47,338 nt of DNA from positions 1-47,338 of the forward strand of contig JAAOXV010000007.1 in the NCBI GenBank assembly GCA_018220955.1, read 5' to 3'. The notes under the pieces are model-generated. The model was not told the origin of the DNA. It searched no databases and saw only the letters and a program-made list of their open reading frames with translations. Shown one piece after another: positions 23,362-31,721 of the stretch; position 1 is the stretch's first letter; the number at the start of each line of letters is the position of its first letter. The translations under genes and the position numbers were made by a program. Origin of the DNA: Candidatus Altiarchaeota archaeon. Lineage in GTDB: Archaea; SpSt-1190.

Positions 23362-24617
23362 CTCTTCAACCTCTTACCCATCATGAATGCCGGGTTTCTG
23401 CCTCGCTTGAGATTGCGCATCATTTTCCTCATTTTCTTGAACTCGCGCAACAATTCCTTTATTTCTTCTGCCTTGACTCCGCTCCCTTTTGCAATTCTAT
23501 CAATTCTTGACCGAGTCACTGTATCTGGTTCGTCCCGTTCAGCAGGTGTCATCGAGTTTATGACTGACTTGTATGTCTTCAGCTTTGCCTTTGAGTCAGC
23601 CACGGTTTTCTTGTCCAGGTCTGTCAACCCCACCATTTGAAACACTTTTTCGAGCGGACCTAGTTTGGTCATTGACTCGATTTGTTGGTAGAATGTTGTC
23701 AGCGTCAGCTTATCCAGGTCTTTTGGTTTTACCTCCATTCCGGTCTCTTTCACTTTTTCAATCAGGGTCTGCAAGTCCCCCCAACCCAATAAACGTGATA
23801 CATATCTGGCCGGGTTAAACTGTTCCAGGTCAGCGACACGCTCGCCAATACCAATAAACTTGACAGGCACACCTGCTGAGCTACAGGCAGACAAAGCCCC
23901 ACCTGCTTTGGCAGTTCCCTCCATTTTGGTTATCACCACGCCTGTGATAATGTTCTTGAATGCTTCCGCCTGTTTTCTTGTCTCATGTCCCATCTCAGCT
24001 GGTATGACCAACAGCACCTCATCTGGCTTGGCTTTTTTCACGATTTTTTTTGCAGATTCTAGTAGCTTTTTATCAAGCGCATCCCTACCAGCAGTATCAA
24101 TTATCACCGCTCCTTTTACTATTTCTTTCTCTGTCTTTAGCCCAATTGATTCACCAAGCTGGGTCAACTGTTCAAGTGCGGCCGGTCTATCGCGGTCAAG
24201 CGAGACAAGCACTGAATGAACTCCTTTCTTTTTTAGAAAATAACCTAGTTTTGCGGCTGTAGTGGTCTTTCCAGAACCATATAATCCAACCAGCACTATT
24301 CGCGTGTCTGGCTTGGTCTTTATTTCCCCTCCAACTCCCATTATCCCAGTCAGCTCGTCGTAAAACACCTTTAAAACATGCTCCTTGAGCGTGGTGCCTG
24401 AAACCGGTTTTTCATCAAGTGACTTCATTCTTATCTGCTTTGAAAGCTCGATAACTGTTCTAGGGTCTACATCCGATGCGATTAAAGCTCGCTGCATTTC
24501 CTTCAAAAGCTCATCAAGGTCTTTCTCACTTATACCCCCCTTGCCAGCAAATTTCTTGACTGCATCTCTAAGCCGTTTTCCAAATCCAGCTACCACGGTC
24601 AAAACAAAGCTAACCAA
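23358..24617 (-). CDS. srp54: Signal recognition particle protein SRP54
   Basis: N domain, G domain ('GLYGSGKTTTAAKLG', 'DTAGR', 'TKMEGTAKAGGALS') and M domain ('MTPAERDEPD', basic C-terminus) are present. The ORF starts at TTG 24617, and GTG 24596 is also possible. Confidence 0.9.
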   Translation of the reverse strand: MVSFVLTVVAGFGKRLRDAVKKFAGKGGISEKDLDELLKEMQRALIASDVDPRTVIELSKQIRMKSLDEKPVSGTTLKEHVLKVFYDELTGIMGVGGEIKTKPDTRIVLVGLYGSGKTTTAAKLGYFLKKKGVHSVLVSLDRDRPAALEQLTQLGESIGLKTEKEIVKGAVIIDTAGRDALDKKLLESAKKIVKKAKPDEVLLVIPAEMGHETRKQAEAFKNIITGVVITKMEGTAKAGGALSACSSAGVPVKFIGIGERVADLEQFNPARYVSRLLGWGDLQTLIEKVKETGMEVKPKDLDKLTLTTFYQQIESMTKLGPLEKVFQMVGLTDLDKKTVADSKAKLKTYKSVINSMTPAERDEPDTVTRSRIDRIAKGSGVKAEEIKELLREFKKMRKMMRNLKRGRNPAFMMGKRLKR

Positions 24618-24624
24618 TTATAAA

Positions 24625-27600
24625 CTATTTGAGATAAATTACGACTCCGACTACCATGAGAATCAATGCACCTATTGCAAAAGAAGTCTGCTTCAGCATA
24701 GACTCCCGGGCCGCATATTGTTTAAACCTGCCTATCGTCTGCTCCTTTGCCAGCTCTTCATTAAGCTCAATCAAAATCAACTTGGCCTGCTCAAACTTAC
24801 CTTGGTCAACAAAATCTCGTGCATCCCCAAGCTGATCAGCATAGAGTTGTTGTCTATTTGAGCTGAGATCATCAAACATCTCTTCCACATCCTCTAACAG
24901 GTACTGTACTTCTGTGGGTAATGGAAATGAAACATCTAGCACAAACATCCCTTCTTGCTTTTTATCTGGGTATTTTTCTGGGAAAGCAATCACAGCAATA
25001 TCAAAGATGCCTGGCGAGCTTGGTGGCTCAAACTGAATCGCCAGCGAGTAGCTAGACTGCTCTTTCAAAGCTCGGTGATACTCATCTATCTCAAGTTCAG
25101 AATCAAACATAAAGACATATGGGCCTGAATAATCCTGAGTAGTTATATTGACTGCAAAGCTGGCTGGCAGACCAAACGAAAGCTCGGTGCTTTGGTCTAC
25201 AAGAGACAGTATCGGTGTGACCACCTTTTTCTCAACCAGTATTTCAATACATTTTCGGTTGTTTGGGTCTTTTACAGATGAAACACAGAGAGTAAAGTTT
25301 CCGGGTCGGTCAGCTATGATAGTCAGGTCTTCGCTTTGTTGTAGGTCTATTGTCATCTCAGTATCTGATAAAACCATTTCAGATGATACAAGATAGCTGT
25401 CTGCAGTATTTCCTACATTGATTATAGTCACAGTCCCATATGTCTCATCATCAATCAGGTCAAGTGATAGGGAAATTGGCGTGATATCAAACTCATATAT
25501 CGGAGTATCTGACAAAATAATAGTTGAGCTGGCGCTTGCGATAATGTTTGATTCTAAATCAACTGTTCCATAAATATTGAACACTTGTCCTTCCTCACCT
25601 GCTGGAATCTCAATTGGCAAGGCTATCATCTTGATTTCATAACCAGACAAGGTCACGGTTTGGACAGGCGAGCTTATCTTTGCGTCAGCATTGCTTGTTC
25701 TAAACTCGACAGTCACATTGACAGTTGGCCCATCATTCTCTATAACAAAATATAGCTTGGCTGTTGCGCCTCTAGTTGGAACATAGGAGGTAGTCGGCGA
25801 GAAATAAGCACCAAGGAATGAAGGGATTATCACTTCTGTTGGCCAGCTTGAGATAAGCTGGTCATAGAAAGGTGCGGTTACTTTGATGATTAGCTCTGCT
25901 GGGCCGACATCTGCATAGACTGGTATTGGTGCAACAGGACTGTCGGTTGCAAGCGGTATCTCCATTCCTCTACTGGTATTCAGATACCAAGTATAATGAT
26001 AGCCAGTCACCAGATTTCCTAGCTCGTCCCGCACAGCCAAGATATCAAGTCCATACTCAAATGCAGGAAGAACTTCATTTGGTATGGCTGCAGAAACTGA
26101 GTTTAGTCTGCCATAAAATGAGATGCCTGAGTTGATGGTTGTTTCCAACAAGTAATCACCTGTGAATGTGCATTCAACTGCATGTGAACCAACACTAACC
26201 GTGGTCGGTGTTTGTAAGACTAGCTGGCCTGTTGCGATTTGGTCAATGTTGGGAATAAGTGTATCTGAAGCAATAGTCTGGCCAAGCTCGCAGCTCACAT
26301 CAACTGAGCCAAGCGTGCCGCCTACTGTTTCAAGTGAATCAGACCAAGCTGATACTGTGATAACTGGCGGATAGACTGAGCAAAAGCCGGCTGAGCCGCT
26401 TCTATAATAGCACTTGTCCTTTGCGATACTGGCTGTGATTGGATGATATACCTCTAGCGACAAACTCACATTCTTGGGCATATAGTCCATCTGTCGGACT
26501 TCATACTTGAGGCTGTTAATCCCTTTCGGCATTCCGTCTATATGAACAGTATATACGGTATCAACATTATATCCGTTGAATAGTGTCCTCCAGCTTGTGC
26601 CAGAGACATCTCGGACTGTTATGTTTCGCATGTCCTCCCATGGAACACCAACAAGCTCGTCCCACATAATTGAGTTTAGATTGAGCTGAAGTGTATAACC
26701 ATCTGGGTCATAGGTAACAACACCAGTACATTCAAATATTGTGCCAGTATCCTGACAGGAAAAGCTCTGGACATTGCTGGGTGCACCTAGTGCAGTTAGT
26801 TGAACACCATTAATCATGGTCCTGTCATAGTTCTTCTGACATTCATGGTCACACACAAATCCTAGTGCAACTGTTCCTACCTGATTTCCACCACAACCAA
26901 CTGCAGCCCCACAATATTCATAACAGGTCCTTCCCCATTCTGGGTGAACCAAACTTGTTTGTATTCCAGTATTGTATTGTGAATCACAACAGTCTTTGCA
27001 GATGCCTGGATTTTCTAGCTCGCTTCCAGCTATGCCTTCATCACAGCTACTATCACCACAGATGTCTGTGCAGGTTCCGGAGAATGCATAAGACCAAGGC
27101 ATCTCGCCAAAGTCACCATAACCATTGATTGACACAGCAGGTATTGGTTTGCAGAGTGACACTGTATCAAGTGTTCCATCCAAGTCAGTTCCTTTATTCA
27201 CATAAGCAAAACAGCTTGAATTTTGATAACAAATCCCACCATTGCCGGTTAGCTCGGTCTGGTCAGCCGAGCCAAATTGGTCAAGCTGGATTCCTGACTG
27301 GCAATTGGTACCGGTCTGGACAGATATTTCTGCTGAGCTCATTACAGAGTTAAGCGAGCTATCGATTAGCTCAACAAATATGATGGCACTGCCAGACTGA
27401 GCTGTGTCTATCACATCAGCCAGCGGAACAAGGAGTGCCTTAGCTGTGCCTGCTTCTTGAACCCTAATTGAATAGTTGTGTGGATAGGAATTAATATTGG
27501 TCAACAAATCAAATCTTTGCGGTTCTGTTCCGATTATGACATTAATAGTATCAGGCACGCCAGTAAGATAATCATCTGCATCATCAGTAAATTGGATTCC

Positions 27601-30600
27601 GAGGAAATAACCAGTACAGGTTTCGGCTGTGAAAGAACAGTCACCAGGTTCACAAACCCAATCAGACTCGGTTCCACTCTCAAAGGACTTGATGTCTGTC
27701 CAGCTATCATCCAAATCAATCTGGAAGAACGCACCAACATTGTCTGGGTCGGCGCAGATAAAGTTTGATGCGCAGAAAGGTAAACTAACTCCGCCTTCAT
27801 CAAAACAATCATCAGAATCCATACATGGTTCACTCAAACCACATTGGTCGCTGGTGGCAGAAAAAGCCAGATCGGTTTGGATATCATTAACTAGATATGT
27901 TGAGCCGGCTCTGTTGAACATTTCAAGATCAAACACTAGCTCTCTGTTGATGTTTGCATATGATGGGATAATCTGAATCTTGTTTCCTTTTGCCTGACAA
28001 ACTTTCCAATAATAACCATCTGATTTTTTTATCACTGATGTATCAGCATCAGTAAACTCAAACGAGTCTGTGGTTGTTCCGCCAGTCAGCTTCTTGTTAC
28101 CAACATAGAGCGGATGACTTGTTGAATCAAGTGTAAGCTCACAACCGTTCTCGCCACAGTGCGGGTCATATGGGATAAGCAGACAGGCATCATAAAGTTC
28201 GCAAGTATCTATCTCTGGAACTGGTTCACTGTTCCCTGGAACAAAGAATTCAAAATCAAAGTTAGTTGAATAGTCAGACCTTGGTTCACACCATTCAGTG
28301 CAGATTGAGTCACCTGCCTCGGATGACGAGCAGCTGAGGTCAGAACCACAGCTCACAAAGCAGCTTGTGTCATCATACTGACTCTGCAGGGGTATTCCGC
28401 AGAATATGTTTCTCATAAATCCAAGCGTTGCGGTGCCTTCACCAAGCTTTGTGTCGGTTATGCTTTTGTATTCGTTCATACTACAGCTAGCGTCCAACTC
28501 GGTTGAGACTGGCGCTTCACAACAGTCCTTGCAGACTGAATAAGATTCGTAAGTATCACAATCAGGTGAAACATCCATCAAGCCGGCGCTCAGGGTTATT
28601 CCATAACCAGTTATGCTAAACGTGCCAGATCTATCAGCAGTCCATCTACAAGTATATTCACAATCTGAATTACAAACGTCTGGCGAACCGTCATGCCCAT
28701 CACAGAAAGCGTCATAAACATTATTCTTCTCTGACCAGCTGGTTACATAATCAGCCACCCGAGCTCTGAAATAGTTACCAAGTTCACATTCTGACAAAGT
28801 TTTTCCAATATTGGTACATTCACCTATTTGAATAACATTGTCAGCTATGCTCATATTACAAATACCGAGACACTGAGTCGAACCAATACAGTTAGCCGGG
28901 CTGTCCTGATATGCAAAGGTCGCGATAAGCTGAGATTCAATGGTGTTCTCTACCGTGTTACTGCCTTCATCAGCTGAAATCACCCAATCACATTGAACAT
29001 CAATATTACAAGGTATCTGGATTTTGTCATCAACCGTGCACATGGTTTTTATCTCGTTTCTCGGCAGGTCAGCTGAATAATCAGCTGATTCACCGACCAC
29101 CTGGCTGTCGGCTGTTATTCTGGTTAGGTCTCTCACCACATAGCAGTTTCCAGGCGCATAATCATATTCAACATTTGACTCGTGTGGAAACCAGGCTGGT
29201 TCTGACAAACCCATTGTGAATTCTGCATCATTATATGGAATAAACTCGCCAACAGTTATCTTTGGGTCATCTGCGGTCGGCCACATATTTGGAACCCAGC
29301 CATATGTCTGTGTGCCTTGCACACAGGTCCAGCTGCCTGTGCTGTATGTGACATCTACATTCTTATCTCCATTGGTTGAAGTGAAGTTATAGCCAGGCAA
29401 CAAGCTAGCGGGTTCAAGATAACACTGCTGGTTAGAAGCACATCTGAGCAGCCAGCTCTGAATTATCTCGTTTCCGTTCGATGACTCAATCGGTGTAGTA
29501 GCTGTAAAAACCGTATATGTCCCAGATGGCATAATAACAAGATAGTCGCCTGTTATCGAACAGCTTGAGATTGTAGCAGATTGGCTGGTCGTGCAATCAC
29601 AGTTCCAATATCCACTAGCGTAACTGCAAGTGATTGTGTGAACATAGCTCGGATTTGTTGGAAGTGAGTTGAACTGGTATGTTCTATAGTCTGTTGTGCT
29701 TGCACTCACTATTGTAAGCTCTTGTGTGGTTGGAAACTGCCGGCCTGCTGTTTCCGCGTCACAGCTCTGTGTCTCGTCATCTGTATTCCCAACACAACTG
29801 GCTTCAGCTGCTATGTTAGAATAAATTATGCTGGACAAAGACTTTTGATAATAGTAGTTCTGACTTGTATCTATATCAGTACCCCTCCAGAAGCCGTTAC
29901 AGGATTCACAAACAGTGCTGAGTACATTCTCATCTGTCGTGATATCATCCCAATCTGATTCTGCATCACAACCAAAATTACCCCAGTAATAATCGCTTAA
30001 AGAATCCATTACACAAACATACTCTTCCTGCTTTGTTCCTTCTGCATCACAGATAGCCAAAACACCCTGGTCGGTTCCAGAATAATAACAAAGGCTTTCA
30101 TTCTTTGAATCAAGTGCATCATAATCCCAAAGCACTGCATTGTCTTCTTCTTCCAAGCTGGTGCTTGCAGTCCAGGACGGGTTTGACGCCTCTGTCTGTT
30201 TTATACAATGATAGCTTGAGTTATCTATTGTCTTTCTTGAACAATCACCTGTACTACACACATAATCTACACAAGAGGAATCAAGGGTAGGTGTACTGCA
30301 CACACAGATTAGAGCATTGTCTGGTCCAAAGGGACCATAACCCTGTGATGATATATCGATAACCCATTCAAGATGGTCTGATGAATCTTTTGTACAATAA
30401 TATCTGTCAGCGCCAACAGTTGCTCGTTCACAGATATTGTTCGCTGAACAGCTATGGAACTCGCCGTCATCATCGCAGAGAGCTTCGTTACCTCCTGAAT
30501 CAAAAATATCGCCTGATGTAAGCCAACCCTCGATTGTGCAATGATATGTATTTGAATCAATGGTTTCGCTCACCCCACAATTGCCGCCAGGTGGAGAATC

Positions 30601-31656
30601 ATCATTGCAGACAAATTTCTCGCCAGAATTACATAAGACTTCATAATGTGAATCACCGTCTGTATCATACTGAATATTCACACCGCTGGAGACCCAATGA
30701 TAATCATCATTTTGATAAACACAAGTATAATTTGTTGAACTCACGGTAATTTGACTACAAATGCTTCCAGAATTACAAATATTGTCCTCATTATCTAAAC
30801 ACACAATCTCATATCTACCATCGCCATCGTCATCAATTCTTGTTGGAGGACTGTCAACCCATTTCCAACCAGAGTCGTAACTGCAATGATAATCACCCTC
30901 ATTAGAACATGCATTATCTGAATTGCATTCATATGGATTACAGCTAGAATCACAATAGGAAGCTCCACTAGGTGAAAGCGAGCCAGGAGCAGCATCATCA
31001 CATAAGGGATCTGCGCCGCAGGCAGACTCGCATCTGTCAATGGTTTCACCCAAGCCACTGATATGTTCATCCCAGGTTCCAATAATCCTAGTGGCTATTT
31101 TACCATCGCATCCAACACAAGACGCATCAGAAGAAGACCAAAAGCTCCGTCCATAATATGATTCTTGTGCCGATGTCAGAAAAATTTTTTTCACATTATT
31201 ACCAATACGTGCAACAGTACAGACTTTACCGTTCCAGCTAACACCGGTAAGCTTTGGACAATAACAGCCACCAGAACATCCTGCATCTGTTATCTCGCCT
31301 ATTTCAGAAGTTCCAATTACGGTCGCATCATCATAATATGTAGAAAGAGTGCAAACTTGACTGGAACTAGCCCCAATAGAAGCCCAAACTCCTTCACCAT
31401 CAACATCACAACACGAAATTCCACACAAACCAGTATCATAAGATGAACCAAGTTCAATAGCCCCATCAGAATAAGTAGCGCCCTGAGAAAAGTCATCACC
31501 TACTTGACAAAGAACAGCATCAGTGTGTTCATCACATCCAAGACAACCACACCACCTTATTTTTCCTTCAAGGTCACAAACCCATGCGTACCCATATGTC
31601 CCAACTGCAAGAATTGACAAAAGAACAAGAATTCCGGTAAGACGGGGGCTTCGCAT
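24625..31656 (-). CDS. Giant cysteine-rich secreted/C-terminally membrane-anchored surface protein, unknown family
   Basis: The uninterrupted ORF is open to TTG 31674 (2,349 codons), and ATG 31656 is preferred. It has signal-peptide-like 'MRSPRLTGILVLLSILAVGTYGYA' and a single C-terminal TM 'FAIGALILMVVGVVIYL'. It contains tandem Cys modules and Ig-like Cys-poor C-terminal segments. No catalytic motif was recognised. Confidence 0.85.
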   Translation of the reverse strand: MRSPRLTGILVLLSILAVGTYGYAWVCDLEGKIRWCGCLGCDEHTDAVLCQVGDDFSQGATYSDGAIELGSSYDTGLCGISCCDVDGEGVWASIGASSSQVCTLSTYYDDATVIGTSEIGEITDAGCSGGCYCPKLTGVSWNGKVCTVARIGNNVKKIFLTSAQESYYGRSFWSSSDASCVGCDGKIATRIIGTWDEHISGLGETIDRCESACGADPLCDDAAPGSLSPSGASYCDSSCNPYECNSDNACSNEGDYHCSYDSGWKWVDSPPTRIDDDGDGRYEIVCLDNEDNICNSGSICSQITVSSTNYTCVYQNDDYHWVSSGVNIQYDTDGDSHYEVLCNSGEKFVCNDDSPPGGNCGVSETIDSNTYHCTIEGWLTSGDIFDSGGNEALCDDDGEFHSCSANNICERATVGADRYYCTKDSSDHLEWVIDISSQGYGPFGPDNALICVCSTPTLDSSCVDYVCSTGDCSRKTIDNSSYHCIKQTEASNPSWTASTSLEEEDNAVLWDYDALDSKNESLCYYSGTDQGVLAICDAEGTKQEEYVCVMDSLSDYYWGNFGCDAESDWDDITTDENVLSTVCESCNGFWRGTDIDTSQNYYYQKSLSSIIYSNIAAEASCVGNTDDETQSCDAETAGRQFPTTQELTIVSASTTDYRTYQFNSLPTNPSYVHTITCSYASGYWNCDCTTSQSATISSCSITGDYLVIMPSGTYTVFTATTPIESSNGNEIIQSWLLRCASNQQCYLEPASLLPGYNFTSTNGDKNVDVTYSTGSWTCVQGTQTYGWVPNMWPTADDPKITVGEFIPYNDAEFTMGLSEPAWFPHESNVEYDYAPGNCYVVRDLTRITADSQVVGESADYSADLPRNEIKTMCTVDDKIQIPCNIDVQCDWVISADEGSNTVENTIESQLIATFAYQDSPANCIGSTQCLGICNMSIADNVIQIGECTNIGKTLSECELGNYFRARVADYVTSWSEKNNVYDAFCDGHDGSPDVCNSDCEYTCRWTADRSGTFSITGYGITLSAGLMDVSPDCDTYESYSVCKDCCEAPVSTELDASCSMNEYKSITDTKLGEGTATLGFMRNIFCGIPLQSQYDDTSCFVSCGSDLSCSSSEAGDSICTEWCEPRSDYSTNFDFEFFVPGNSEPVPEIDTCELYDACLLIPYDPHCGENGCELTLDSTSHPLYVGNKKLTGGTTTDSFEFTDADTSVIKKSDGYYWKVCQAKGNKIQIIPSYANINRELVFDLEMFNRAGSTYLVNDIQTDLAFSATSDQCGLSEPCMDSDDCFDEGGVSLPFCASNFICADPDNVGAFFQIDLDDSWTDIKSFESGTESDWVCEPGDCSFTAETCTGYFLGIQFTDDADDYLTGVPDTINVIIGTEPQRFDLLTNINSYPHNYSIRVQEAGTAKALLVPLADVIDTAQSGSAIIFVELIDSSLNSVMSSAEISVQTGTNCQSGIQLDQFGSADQTELTGNGGICYQNSSCFAYVNKGTDLDGTLDTVSLCKPIPAVSINGYGDFGEMPWSYAFSGTCTDICGDSSCDEGIAGSELENPGICKDCCDSQYNTGIQTSLVHPEWGRTCYEYCGAAVGCGGNQVGTVALGFVCDHECQKNYDRTMINGVQLTALGAPSNVQSFSCQDTGTIFECTGVVTYDPDGYTLQLNLNSIMWDELVGVPWEDMRNITVRDVSGTSWRTLFNGYNVDTVYTVHIDGMPKGINSLKYEVRQMDYMPKNVSLSLEVYHPITASIAKDKCYYRSGSAGFCSVYPPVITVSAWSDSLETVGGTLGSVDVSCELGQTIASDTLIPNIDQIATGQLVLQTPTTVSVGSHAVECTFTGDYLLETTINSGISFYGRLNSVSAAIPNEVLPAFEYGLDILAVRDELGNLVTGYHYTWYLNTSRGMEIPLATDSPVAPIPVYADVGPAELIIKVTAPFYDQLISSWPTEVIIPSFLGAYFSPTTSYVPTRGATAKLYFVIENDGPTVNVTVEFRTSNADAKISSPVQTVTLSGYEIKMIALPIEIPAGEEGQVFNIYGTVDLESNIIASASSTIILSDTPIYEFDITPISLSLDLIDDETYGTVTIINVGNTADSYLVSSEMVLSDTEMTIDLQQSEDLTIIADRPGNFTLCVSSVKDPNNRKCIEILVEKKVVTPILSLVDQSTELSFGLPASFAVNITTQDYSGPYVFMFDSELEIDEYHRALKEQSSYSLAIQFEPPSSPGIFDIAVIAFPEKYPDKKQEGMFVLDVSFPLPTEVQYLLEDVEEMFDDLSSNRQQLYADQLGDARDFVDQGKFEQAKLILIELNEELAKEQTIGRFKQYAARESMLKQTSFAIGALILMVVGVVIYLK

Positions 31657-31677
31657 CCAGATTAGTAAAGCCAAACC

Positions 31678-31685
31678 ATATTTAA
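31678..31685 (-). promoter_or_regulatory. TATA-like box TTAAATAT upstream of the giant gene
   Basis: Centred about 25 nt upstream of ATG 31656, in the 47-nt gap after aEF-2. This would give a near-leaderless transcript and argues against the TTG 31674 start. Confidence 0.35.
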
Positions 31686-31721
31686 CTGTTTCTTTGGGCT
31701 AGAATCCATAAAAGCTGGTGA

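Noticed and set aside
25148-31499. About 15 short (60-115 aa) ORFs on both strands inside the giant gene
   Set aside because: All are nested within, or antisense to, the 7-kb ORF. They have low-complexity or skewed compositions and no start context. They are treated as shadow ORFs.
24625-31674. Giant protein as a diversity-generating-retroelement (DGR) target
   Set aside because: DGRs are known in DPANN-type archaea, but there is no reverse transcriptase in the window. I saw no template/variable repeat pair, and the C-terminus is a TM anchor rather than a C-type-lectin VR. This cannot be excluded without a self-dot-plot and the full genome.
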